This document shows, piece by piece, positions 30,511 through 39,089 of a stretch of 64,000 nucleotides of DNA; position 1 is the stretch's first letter, and every line of letters begins with the position of its first letter. The notes below the pieces were generated by a model. The model was not told where the DNA came from. It was given only the letters and a program-made list of their open reading frames with translations, and did no database searches. The stretch is from Myxococcota bacterium (GTDB lineage: Bacteria; Myxococcota_A; Polyangia; Polyangiales; Houyiibacteriaceae): the NCBI GenBank assembly GCA_039030515.1, contig JBCCEA010000001.1, positions 189,184-253,183 on the forward strand. Reading direction: 5' to 3'. Both the position numbers and the translations under genes were made by a program.

Positions 30511-30679
30511 CGCTCACCTCCTCGAGCCGCGGTGGCTCCGTGGTGTTGGCGGGTCGCGGCTGGACCTCGACGTCGTCGATGAGACCCCGGACGGCGAGCT
30601 CGTTCAGGCGGCGGGCGAAGAGGTCCGCGACTCGGCGGCGGCGGTCCTCGGGCGACAGGCGATCAGGCTGGTGGCGCAT
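30497..30679 (-). CDS. Small hypothetical protein
   Basis: GGAG RBS; first gene after motif copy 5. Confidence 0.55.
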   Translation of the reverse strand: MRHQPDRLSPEDRRRRVADLFARRLNELAVRGLIDDVEVQPRPANTTEPPRLEEVSDGPL

Positions 30680-30707
30680 GGCGGCTCCGGTGCGAGTGGT
30701 CCTCGAC

Positions 30708-30740
30708 CGGGTAGAGCCGGGTGAGAGCCCTGGACGGGAC
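30708..30740 (-). promoter_or_regulatory. Phage bipartite promoter-like motif, copy 5
   Basis: GTCCCG-N15-CGGCTCTACCCG, 28 nt upstream of ATG 30679. Confidence 0.65.
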
Positions 30741-30752
30741 GCGCGGAGAGGC

Positions 30753-31110
30753 CGGGGGAACGCCTCGGGGCTGCGGGGCCACGCCGAAGGCGTTCCCCGG
30801 GATCGCCAGCAGCGGCGGGGGTTTGCGCTCGGTGGCCAGATCGGGGGAACGCCACCGCGTAGACCAGATTCGTGAGTCCGAATGCGGACTTAGGCCCGAT
30901 CTCCCTTCGGGGGAACGTCTCTCTTTCTATAGCCACGTATGAGAGAGGCACTCCGAGGCGAGCGAGAGAAAGACAGCGTCCACGCGCTGTGCCCTCCCGC
31001 CACAGAGGCGTTCCCCCGCACCCGAACGCCCGCAAACGACCGTGGTTGCTGACCTTTTCGGTCGTGCGATCGCGTAGACCCAGGCGTTCCCCGGCCGCTC
31101 GGGGGAACGC
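30753..31110. repeat. Seven GGGGAACG(C/T)-core repeats, both orientations, in the divergent control region
   Basis: Forward at 30753, 30842, 30908, 31100; reverse at 30789, 31007, 31083. Confidence 0.75.
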
Positions 31111-31229
31111 GCCGAGAGGATCCCCGCGTACTTCTTCGGGATCCACAGAATGCTGTTCAGATGTTCACCCGAACGCTTGACCGGGTGTCGTGGATCGGTG
31201 TAGCTCTTGGACATGTGACGAGGACCCGG

Positions 31230-31838
31230 ATGAGCGAGCAGCTGACCGACAAACAAGAGGCCGTCTTGGCCGTCATCGAGCGCCACTGGCGGGCCCACGG
31301 CGTGTCTCCGTCGGTCGCCGAGATCGCCGAGCGGCTCGGCCTGCGGAAGTCGACGACCCACGAGCACCTGATGGCGATCAAGCGCAAGGGCGCGCTGGTC
31401 CACGTCGAGGGGCAGAGCCGCTCGTGGCGGCCCACGTCGGTCGTCTCGGGCCAGGCCGAGCGGAGGATCCCCATCGTGGGTCAGGTCGCCGCCGGGGCCC
31501 CGCTGCTCGCCCAGGAGAACATCGACGGGTGGCTCACCGTCTCCAACGTGCGCGAGGGGCAGACCGTCTTCGCGCTCCACGTCCGCGGCGACTCCATGAC
31601 GGGCGCCGGGATCCTCGATGGCGACCTCGTCATCGTTCGCCAGCAGCCCGTCGCCGAAGATAGCGACATCGTCCTCGCGCTGATCGATGAGCAAGACGCG
31701 ACGATCAAGCGCCTCCGTCGCCACGGCGACCGCGTCACTCTGCAGCCGGAGAACCCGGCCCATGAGCCTCTCACGCTGCCCGCAGATCGCGTGCAGCTGC
31801 AGGGCAAGGTGATCGGCCTCCGTCGCGACTACTCGTGA
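31230..31838 (+). CDS. lexA: LexA-type repressor (wHTH plus S24 peptidase)
   Basis: LTDKQ, PSVAEIAERLG, VAAGAP cleavage site, GDSM Ser and ATIKR Lys. Confidence 0.9.
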   Translation: MSEQLTDKQEAVLAVIERHWRAHGVSPSVAEIAERLGLRKSTTHEHLMAIKRKGALVHVEGQSRSWRPTSVVSGQAERRIPIVGQVAAGAPLLAQENIDGWLTVSNVREGQTVFALHVRGDSMTGAGILDGDLVIVRQQPVAEDSDIVLALIDEQDATIKRLRRHGDRVTLQPENPAHEPLTLPADRVQLQGKVIGLRRDYS

Positions 31839-31848
31839 CGGGGGCGTC

Positions 31849-33039
31849 ATGGCTGCGAAGCTTCCGACCATCAAGAGCCTCGTGCGCCTTTCGCTGCTCG
31901 AGCGCGTGTCGCCCGAGCTGCTGGTGCGCTTCCTCCGGCCCTTCGAGGACTACCTGACCGCACGGCAGGTGGCCCTCGACGGGGTCAAGCACGACCACGC
32001 GTGGGTGGGCGCGCTGCACGAGGTGCTGATCACCGTCGACCCGGAGATGCCGGGCGACCTTCAGCAGGCGCTCCTGGACGTCGCGGACCTGGCCAGCGAC
32101 CAGGGCCACGAGCTCGCGCTCGAGCTCGCCGGGGAGCGCCAGATGACGCTCTTCGCGCCGGGCAGCGAGATGAGCGCCGAGGACCTCGCGTTCAAGCTCT
32201 ACCTCGAGCACAGCGATCTCTTCGCGGCCTCGCACGCCCGCGTGAAGTCGCAGGAGGCGCGGCGCTTCGTCGACTTCTTCCCTCGCGAGCACCGCCCGCT
32301 CGAGAACTACGGCAGCGAGTCGCGCCGGGTGCTCGTGGTCAGCCAGCTGCGCCGCTGGTTCGCCAAGCGCAACCGCAGCGAGTACGTCGACCTGCGCATC
32401 TCCGAGACCGACGCCGAGGTCACCTTCCTGATCATCCACGGCCGCACGCCGCGGAACATGTCGGTGATCACCTCGGCGTTCAGCCGCGACCGCCTCTCGT
32501 TCGTGCCCGACAAGCAGGACACGGTCGTGTTCGAGAAGGCCACCGGGCGCCTGTCCATCAACGCCCAGTACCCCGCCGAGAACGACTTCTACCGACAGGT
32601 GCTCGGCAAGGTGTTCTTCGGCAAGGACGACCACTTCGAGCCCCACGCCGTGCTGAGCTGCGACGTGCTCCTCGACGACGCCGAGGAGGCGCTCTCGGTG
32701 GACGGCGTCGCGGATCTCGACACGGTAGCGCTCCGAGAGATCGCGCTCGAGGCGTGCGACCACCCCTACGACCTGCTGGTGTGGAAGGCGAACGACCTCA
32801 AGCCGGTGCTGCCGAAGGATCTGCCCAACCTGCTGCGGCGCGCCCGCACCGTGCGCTACGCCAAGCTCGCCCTCTACTTCACCGGGAAGAAGCGGCCGAA
32901 GATCGTCTCCATCAACCCGCCGAACAAGCTCTCCTACGACCGCCGCACCGGCGACGATGTCGTGCGGGAGTTCCTCTTCGCTCGCGGGTTCCTGCGCCAC
33001 CCCGAGCACGGCGTGAGCTACCAGCGGGCGCTGGTGTGA
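31849..33039 (+). CDS. Hypothetical protein in the lexA operon
   Basis: 396-aa ORF with strong coding bias, 10 nt after lexA. Confidence 0.85.
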   Translation: MAAKLPTIKSLVRLSLLERVSPELLVRFLRPFEDYLTARQVALDGVKHDHAWVGALHEVLITVDPEMPGDLQQALLDVADLASDQGHELALELAGERQMTLFAPGSEMSAEDLAFKLYLEHSDLFAASHARVKSQEARRFVDFFPREHRPLENYGSESRRVLVVSQLRRWFAKRNRSEYVDLRISETDAEVTFLIIHGRTPRNMSVITSAFSRDRLSFVPDKQDTVVFEKATGRLSINAQYPAENDFYRQVLGKVFFGKDDHFEPHAVLSCDVLLDDAEEALSVDGVADLDTVALREIALEACDHPYDLLVWKANDLKPVLPKDLPNLLRRARTVRYAKLALYFTGKKRPKIVSINPPNKLSYDRRTGDDVVREFLFARGFLRHPEHGVSYQRALV

Positions 33040-33047
33040 GGGGGCCG

Positions 33048-34298
33048 ATGGATCGCTTCCTCCACGCGCTCCAGGGCGGCCAGCTCCCCGCCGGCATCCG
33101 ATCGGCACTCGACCTGCGCTTCAGCGAGGAGGCGGTGGCCGGGCTCATCGGCGCCGGCGTCCTGACCCGCGGCGCGCAGGCGACCCGCTACCCGTGCCCC
33201 CGCGGCGGCTCGAGCTGCCCCCGAGAGATCGTCGAAAACCCAGGCGACGACGCGTTCCCCTTCGTCGCGATCCCACCGAGCGCCGAGGTGTGCTGCCCAA
33301 CGGTGCGGCTGACGGCCGAGGACCTGGTCACCTGGCAGACCTCGCGCCGGGCCCTCGTCAAAAGGCTGTCCGAGCTCTATGCCGTGCGTGGGCCTTCGAA
33401 CCTGCGCGACGAGGTCTTCCCCTGCGCCCACCGCCTCGGCCGGGCCGCCTGGCGCGGGCTCGACCGCGAGGTGCTCCTCTGCACCGACCTCAACGGCGCC
33501 GCGCCACTCGCCTTTCTGCTGGCCCGCCAGGCGAGCCAGCAGCCGACGCTCGTGCTCGCCCACGCCCGGACCCGCTACACACCGCCCGACGTCGACACCC
33601 ACTTCGCCGCGGGTCCGGTGTCGGTCGTCTTCCTCGAGGACGAGCTGCGGCTCGACGGTGACCGCCTCGTCCGCGCGCAGCCGATGGGCGTGGCGGAGCC
33701 AGCGGGCGTGTATCGGGCGCGCGCCTCTGGGCAGCTGCCGCAAGTGACCGAGGCCAGCTTCCAGTTCCGGCCCCACGGCGAAGCCTGGGCGCTGCGGTAC
33801 CAGGGTGGGCGCACGCTCCTGATGAACGAGACGAAGGGGCTCCGCTACATGCGGTTCCTGTTGATGCGCCCGGGCGAGCAGATCACGGCTCGTGACCTGG
33901 TCGACCTCGACGAGGGGCGGCCACCGGGGCACCACCCCTTCGCGACCTCTCTCACCGCCGACCAGGAGGCGATCGATGCTGTCCGGACGGCGATGCGCGA
34001 GCTTCGAAGCGAGCTCGCAGAGGCGGAGAGCCTGTCCCGACTCGACGAGGCGGAGCGGCTCCGCGGGGAGATCGAGAAGCTCGAAGCCTACGTGCTGCGG
34101 GAGGCGGGGCTGGGCGGCAAGCGCCGGAGTGAGTCGCCAGAGCAGAAGCGCCTGCGGAACGCTGTCTCGAACGCGATCCGTCGCTCTATCGGCGCCATCA
34201 AGAAGCAGGACGAGGGCTTCGGCGACTACCTGAAGCGCCAGATCCAGACCGGCTTCTTCCTCGAGTATCGGGACATCAAGACGCGTTGGTTGACGTAG
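33048..34298 (+). CDS. Putative regulator: Cys cluster N-terminus and C-terminal putative DNA-binding domain
   Basis: Start ATG 33048; CPRGGSSC...CC; C-terminal TKGLRYMRFLL...AVSNAIRRSI...IQTGFF domain. Confidence 0.75.
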   Translation: MDRFLHALQGGQLPAGIRSALDLRFSEEAVAGLIGAGVLTRGAQATRYPCPRGGSSCPREIVENPGDDAFPFVAIPPSAEVCCPTVRLTAEDLVTWQTSRRALVKRLSELYAVRGPSNLRDEVFPCAHRLGRAAWRGLDREVLLCTDLNGAAPLAFLLARQASQQPTLVLAHARTRYTPPDVDTHFAAGPVSVVFLEDELRLDGDRLVRAQPMGVAEPAGVYRARASGQLPQVTEASFQFRPHGEAWALRYQGGRTLLMNETKGLRYMRFLLMRPGEQITARDLVDLDEGRPPGHHPFATSLTADQEAIDAVRTAMRELRSELAEAESLSRLDEAERLRGEIEKLEAYVLREAGLGGKRRSESPEQKRLRNAVSNAIRRSIGAIKKQDEGFGDYLKRQIQTGFFLEYRDIKTRWLT

Positions 34299-34376
34299 GC
34301 GAGGCTCCGTCGGCGCCACTCTCCGTCGCAGCCTCCAGATGGCCGTCCTGACGAGGCTTTCCTAGGCTTCTCGACC

Positions 34377-34406
34377 TTGACCCGGCGACTCCGTGACGGA
34401 TACCTT
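34377..34406 (+). promoter_or_regulatory. Possible sigma70-type promoter TTGACC-N18-TACCTT
   Basis: In the 235-bp gap before 34534; a similar TTGACC-N18-TAGCTC precedes lexA (31177-31206). Confidence 0.35.
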
Positions 34407-34533
34407 GGCACGGGACGTGCTGTCTTGAGGCCCCGGAGGTCCTGTACGTTTGCCCCGACGTCACCACCACCATGCGCTTCCAGACAGCTGCTGCGTTCGC
34501 AACACATGCATCGGAAGTTCATGAGGGTGGCAG

Positions 34534-35301
34534 ATGGGCCACATTCGGCTTGGAAAACTACCGCGCGCGAAGCGCTGGGCAGAGGTCGTCGACCTCTTGG
34601 GCCTTGGTGCGGGTTCCGCTGCGGTAGCCGCCGCCACCCTCGATGCCGCCGAAGCCGACCTACGTAGCGCTCCCCAAGACCCGGCCGTCCTCCACGCCTT
34701 CTGGCTGCTGACCCAGCTCCCCGACGCGGCCCGCAGCGACGACTTCGCCAGCGCGCTTCGTGACCTGGGAGTCCAGGTTGAGAGCGCGCCTTCGGTCGCC
34801 GAGCTCGGCGCCGCGCTGACTCAGGCCATCGACCGACACGCGCTGCAGCAGCGCAACAAATCTGACCTCGGCGAGATGGCGCAGCTCGCCGCCGTCCAGA
34901 GTCTCACAGGGCTGCTGCAGTCCCGTGTGCCGACGCTCTTCGGGACCACCCCCGACGACGTTCGCTCGGAAGTCGCCAAGCTCGCGACCGAGAAGCAGTT
35001 CGGCTCACTCGCCAAGGAGTTCTTCGCCGACTTCTCGCAGCGGTTCCTCACCTACTACACGAGCCGCGAGCTGCCATCGCACGTCGGTCGGGACCGCGCG
35101 TTCCCGGAGCTGACAGCCCACGACGCGTTCAACCAGGCCCTCGACGTTCATTGCCAGCAGGCCTCGCGCATCGTCGAGACCTTCGCCGGCACCTGGTACT
35201 CGAAGAGCCGCTTCGAGAAGACACTGACCCCCGAGCGCACCGCCGGGTTCATCGGGTACGCGCTGACCAAGATGCGGCGCGAGCTGAAGCGGGGGGACTG
35301 A
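34534..35301 (+). CDS. QatB-like partner of the QueC-family enzyme (N-terminal Gly2)
   Basis: Starts MGHIRLG; all-helical character; TGATG coupling to the QueC-like gene. Confidence 0.6.
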   Translation: MGHIRLGKLPRAKRWAEVVDLLGLGAGSAAVAAATLDAAEADLRSAPQDPAVLHAFWLLTQLPDAARSDDFASALRDLGVQVESAPSVAELGAALTQAIDRHALQQRNKSDLGEMAQLAAVQSLTGLLQSRVPTLFGTTPDDVRSEVAKLATEKQFGSLAKEFFADFSQRFLTYYTSRELPSHVGRDRAFPELTAHDAFNQALDVHCQQASRIVETFAGTWYSKSRFEKTLTPERTAGFIGYALTKMRRELKRGD

Positions 35302-37391
35302 TGTCGTCGTCCCCGCCTCGGAGTGTGCATCACGTCGCTTGCGGGAGCGCCGCCCACGGCGCCCCCGAGGACGCGCTGTGTCTGCAGCTCCACGGGACGT
35401 CGCCGAGCCTCAGCGTGGACATCGCGGGCCTCGATCAGCAGCTGATGACCCGCGTCGCTCCGCGATTCCGGGACCTCATCCGCCTCGCGTCCTACGTCCT
35501 CGTCGCAGACCAGGCAGTCACCCGCGGCGGCGAGGACACCCTCGACCTGGGGAAACGCTGGCGACGAGACTTCAAGTTCGTCGTCGGCGTCGAGGATCTC
35601 GACACGTGGGACCGCGACGAGATGCGTCAGGTGCTGGAGTCGACGCTGCACACCCTCACCGACGACTTCTTCAGCTTCGAGTTCGTTCCCCAGCTCGACT
35701 CCGAGCCCGAGCAGCTCAACTTCGGCGCCGTCGGTGACGACCCCTTCCTCCCCCTCGAAGGCTTCGAGTCGGTGCAGCTGTTCTCCGGCGGGATGGACTC
35801 GTTCACGGGCGCCGCCGAGGAGATCCTGGGCAACGATGGAGACGTCATCCTCGTGAGCCACCGGTCGGCGTCCAAGACCTGGAAGCTCCAGCGGGATCTG
35901 ATCGACGACCTTCGCCAACGAGCACCGTCTCGCCGCGTCCTCCACGTCGCGGTGAACATGGCGAAGCACGCTAAGGAGCTTCGCCGCGAGCGAACGCAGC
36001 GCTCCCGGTCCTTCCTATACGCTGCCCTCGCCGGCACGGTCGCCAACCTGGTGGGGCTCGACTTCATCCGGTTCTACGAGAACGGGATCGTCGGCATGAA
36101 CCTCCCTGTGCTGCCGCAGGTCATCGGCACCCGGGCGACGAGGACGACGCACCCGGAGGTGCTCCGTGGTTTCGCCAAGATCCTCTCGCTGCTGAGTCCG
36201 CAGCCCATGCGGGTCGAGAACCCGTTCGAGTTTCTCAGCCGAGCCGAGGTCGCCAGGAGGCTGAACGACGCCGGCGCCATCGACCTGCTGAGCAAGACCG
36301 TTAGCTGCGCGCACGTGCACAAGAGCAGCACGATGCATCCGCACTGCGGCGTCTGCTCCCAGTGCGTGGACCGCAGGATCTCGATGCTCGCCGCCGGCTT
36401 CGCCGAGCATGACCCCGCCGAAGCCTACGCGGTGGACATCCTCCGTGGTCAGCATCCCAGCGGCGAGACGGACGTCCTGAAGGAGCGCGACCGCACGATG
36501 ATCGTCGGGTACGTCGACGCCGCCGACCGCTTCCGGGGCCTGGCTTCGCCGCTCGAGCTTCAGCACCGGTACCCCGAGGTCACGCGAGCGATCCCGGGCC
36601 TGACCGAGCGCTACGCCGTCGACGCCGACGAGGCGCTCCGCCGCGTGTACGAGGTGCACAAGCGCCATGGTGAGGGTGTCGATCGCGCCATCACGGCGCT
36701 CTACGACACCGAAACCGTGCGGGCGCTGCGGAGGCCAAACGGCATCCCCGCTGACAGCCTCCCCGCGCTCCTGGGCGCGCGTGGCCTCGGAGCGTCCGGG
36801 TGCCCCCAGCAACAGGAGGAGGCGCTCGAGATCGTGCCGGCGGACGCCGAGCATGTGTTTCGCCGGCAGGGGCAGAATTGGACGCTCAAGTACCGCGGCG
36901 GCAAGCCGCTGATCATGAACCACACGAAGGGGCTGAACTACATCAGCTTCCTGCTCCGGCACCCCGGTGAGGAGCTGACAGCCCTGGCGTTGATCGACCT
37001 CGATGAGGGGCGCGAGATTGGCAGCCACGCGCTGTCCACGTCGTTCTCGATCGACGAGGAGACCCTCAGCTCGGTCAGGGGCAAGATGCAGGAGCTCCAG
37101 GCCGACCTCGCCCAGGCGGAGGAGTACTACGACTACGCCGAGGCCGAGCGGCTGCGCGGCGAGATCGAGAAGCTCGAGGACTACGTGCGCCGCGAAGCCG
37201 GGCTTGGGGGCAAGGTCCGGCGCGAGTCCCCGGAGCAGAAGCGCGCGCGCACGTCCGTGTCCAACGCCATCACGCGCGCCATCCGCGCGGTCCGGAAGGA
37301 ACACCCCGCCTTCGCCGACTACCTGAAGCTGCAGATCCAGACGGGCTTCTTCCTCCAGTACCGCGACACCAACACGCACTGGGTGCTGTAG
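35301..37391 (+). CDS. QueC/QatC-family PP-loop enzyme fused to a C-terminal regulator-like domain
   Basis: LFSGGMDS, ERTQRSRSFLY, YENG, TRTTHP, NPF, TVSC and HCGVCSQCVDRR; last ~179 aa paralogous to the 33048 protein. Confidence 0.88.
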   Translation: MSSSPPRSVHHVACGSAAHGAPEDALCLQLHGTSPSLSVDIAGLDQQLMTRVAPRFRDLIRLASYVLVADQAVTRGGEDTLDLGKRWRRDFKFVVGVEDLDTWDRDEMRQVLESTLHTLTDDFFSFEFVPQLDSEPEQLNFGAVGDDPFLPLEGFESVQLFSGGMDSFTGAAEEILGNDGDVILVSHRSASKTWKLQRDLIDDLRQRAPSRRVLHVAVNMAKHAKELRRERTQRSRSFLYAALAGTVANLVGLDFIRFYENGIVGMNLPVLPQVIGTRATRTTHPEVLRGFAKILSLLSPQPMRVENPFEFLSRAEVARRLNDAGAIDLLSKTVSCAHVHKSSTMHPHCGVCSQCVDRRISMLAAGFAEHDPAEAYAVDILRGQHPSGETDVLKERDRTMIVGYVDAADRFRGLASPLELQHRYPEVTRAIPGLTERYAVDADEALRRVYEVHKRHGEGVDRAITALYDTETVRALRRPNGIPADSLPALLGARGLGASGCPQQQEEALEIVPADAEHVFRRQGQNWTLKYRGGKPLIMNHTKGLNYISFLLRHPGEELTALALIDLDEGREIGSHALSTSFSIDEETLSSVRGKMQELQADLAQAEEYYDYAEAERLRGEIEKLEDYVRREAGLGGKVRRESPEQKRARTSVSNAITRAIRAVRKEHPAFADYLKLQIQTGFFLQYRDTNTHWVL

Positions 37392-37494
37392 CGCTGACGC
37401 TCGACTCCGGCGGACCGGGGGGGAGAGGTATGTTCGAGGGCTGTCGTCCGCCCTCGACGGGATCTTTCTGCCCCGAGATCGAAAAAAATCTGCC

Positions 37495-37536
37495 GCTACG
37501 CCTGATGTAGCACCTGCAACGCCACCTGTAGCGCCT
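37495..37536. repeat. Two tandem 21-bp units, each GC(T/A)AC-N7-GTAGC; operator-like
   Basis: GCTACGCCTGATGTAGCACCT / GCAACGCCACCTGTAGCGCCT (16/21). Confidence 0.55.
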
Positions 37537-37583
37537 CCGGGTTGAGCCATGTCGGCTCGCGAACACCTGACCCGGAGGTTCAC

Positions 37584-37793
37584 ATGAAGCCCCAAGACGA
37601 GACCGAGTGGCGCTGCCGTAAGTGCGGCGCACTCCTCGGCATCCGACGCGCCGGCCGCGTCCACGTCAAGCACAAGCGCGCCCAGTTCGTGGTCCGCGGC
37701 CACGTGATGGCCGTCTGCCCGCGCTGCGCCGAGCTCAACGAGACCGACTCCGCTCCGCCCCCGCCGGCGGAGCAGCCGAGGCCGGCGGCGTAG
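37584..37793 (+). CDS. Mu Com-like zinc-finger protein
   Basis: GGAGG RBS; EWRCRKCGALLG...CPRCAELN. Confidence 0.7.
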   Translation: MKPQDETEWRCRKCGALLGIRRAGRVHVKHKRAQFVVRGHVMAVCPRCAELNETDSAPPPPAEQPRPAA

Positions 37794-37930
37794 TCCGCCA
37801 CCCACTGGAGAACACGAACCCAACAACGAACAACCCGACCGCGACCCGAGGCCCGAGAGGTCCGCCAGCGCCGAAGAAAGCCCCCGCAGGGGCGGCGCCC
37901 GCAGGTCCGGCACTTCGCCGGAGACCTCTC

Positions 37931-38800
37931 ATGCGCCTGGAAACCGTACGACACGCGCTCGCACAACAGCTTCGCTCTCACGACACCCACCACACCTTCC
38001 TCGCCGGCCGCGACCGCCACGCCGCGCTCGCCGAGTTCGACAGCCCCGACGCGGCCATCGCCTTCCTAAACCGTCGCGGACCCGACGGCTGCCAGGCCCG
38101 CAGCGCCGTCACGGCGGCGATGATCGCCGAGGCCCAGCGCGGCGAGGGCTCGACCTGGTCGGCGTTGCTCATGCTGGCCTACTTCCCGGGCCTGCTGCGC
38201 ATCCGCGCCACCATGAAGCCCTCGGCCGGGCTGCGCTGCGACGAGCTCAACGCGCTCCTCATCGAGTGCTTCCTGGAGACCGTCAGCACGCTGCCGCTCG
38301 CCACCCAGGGCCGCCTCGCGGTGGTGAACCTCATCCTCGGCACCCGCAAGAGCGCCTGGCAGCACCTCGCCCGCGAGACCGCCCGCGCGGACCGGGAGGA
38401 GCCGCTCCCCGACGCCGCCGACGACCTGCTCGGCGGCAACTACCCGTCGCCCGAGCGCATCGCGCTGGCCCGCGAGGCCGACCGGATCCTGCAGCCCGAG
38501 CGCATCCGCGACTGGGTCGAGGATCTGCTGCGCGACGAGACCGAGGACGACCTGCTGCTGGTCCTCGGCACCCACGCCACGGGCAAGCCGCTCATCGACT
38601 GGGTGCGCGAGCAGAACCCCCACCTCGAGGGCGACGAGCTGGTGCGCGAGTACGGCCGGCTGCGGCGTCGCCGGTCCCGGCTGCTGCAGCGGCTGCGGGA
38701 TCGGCTGGCGGACTCGCCGCTGTCCCAGGCGTCGTTCCGCGCGGCTCTCCTCCTACGTGACCGCGACCTCTGTCGCCTGCACCCGGAGGGCCACGCATGA
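37931..38800 (+). CDS. Putative sigma-70/ECF-like phage transcription factor
   Basis: GGAG RBS; region 2-like LLMLAYFPGLLRI...DELNALLIECFL, PSPE linker, region 4-like RRRRSRLLQRLR; weak motif-level call. Confidence 0.5.
   Translation: MRLETVRHALAQQLRSHDTHHTFLAGRDRHAALAEFDSPDAAIAFLNRRGPDGCQARSAVTAAMIAEAQRGEGSTWSALLMLAYFPGLLRIRATMKPSAGLRCDELNALLIECFLETVSTLPLATQGRLAVVNLILGTRKSAWQHLARETARADREEPLPDAADDLLGGNYPSPERIALAREADRILQPERIRDWVEDLLRDETEDDLLLVLGTHATGKPLIDWVREQNPHLEGDELVREYGRLRRRRSRLLQRLRDRLADSPLSQASFRAALLLRDRDLCRLHPEGHA
38722..38753 (+). promoter_or_regulatory. Phage bipartite promoter-like motif, copy 6
   Basis: GTCCCA-N14-CGGCTCTCCTCC inside the 3' end of the sigma-like gene, 43 nt before ATG 38797. 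Confidence 0.6.
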
Positions 38801-39039
38801 CCGCCAACGCCAGCATCCGCAGCGCCTTCCACGAGCTGACCATGACGTTGCTCGGCCTCTTCGAGGTCTACGACGCCGAGCCCGAGCTCGTGGAGCACGC
38901 CGCCGAAGAGATCGAGTCGATCCTCCGCCGCCACATCGGCGCGCCCCCGGGCCCGCCGGGCGCGAAGGGAAAGCTCGCCCTGGAGCGCCTCCTCGATGAG
39001 CTCGAGGCCGCGCCCGAGACCGCCGCGAACGCGCACTGA
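38797..39039 (+). CDS. Hypothetical protein
   Basis: GGAGG RBS, ATGA overlap. Confidence 0.7.
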   Translation: MTANASIRSAFHELTMTLLGLFEVYDAEPELVEHAAEEIESILRRHIGAPPGPPGAKGKLALERLLDELEAAPETAANAH

Positions 39040-39089
39040 CCACAACCCATCGGGCTGAAGGAGCCCTTCGAACCCCAAGGAGAACACAC

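Noticed and set aside
30753..31110. CRISPR-like appearance (GTTCCCCG resembles a type I-E repeat start)
   Set aside because: Units are only 11-12 bp, in both orientations, irregularly spaced; no cas operon
31145..31161. Myxococcus-type LexA box
   Set aside because: Only the GTTCAG half matches
32140..32154. QMTLF sliding-clamp-binding-like motif in ORF 31849
   Set aside because: A five-residue internal match is too weak without conservation data
32001..33047. Extended N-termini in the ORF track (32001, 35151, 37622, 40592, 45510, 29083, 3183, 3767)
   Set aside because: They overlap real upstream genes in other frames; starts were reassigned to RBS-supported or coupled codons
35301..37391. 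Housekeeping queC or a phage dpd DNA-modification cluster
   Set aside because: Much longer than QueC with QatC-type motifs; no folE, queD, queE or dpdA/TGT in the window
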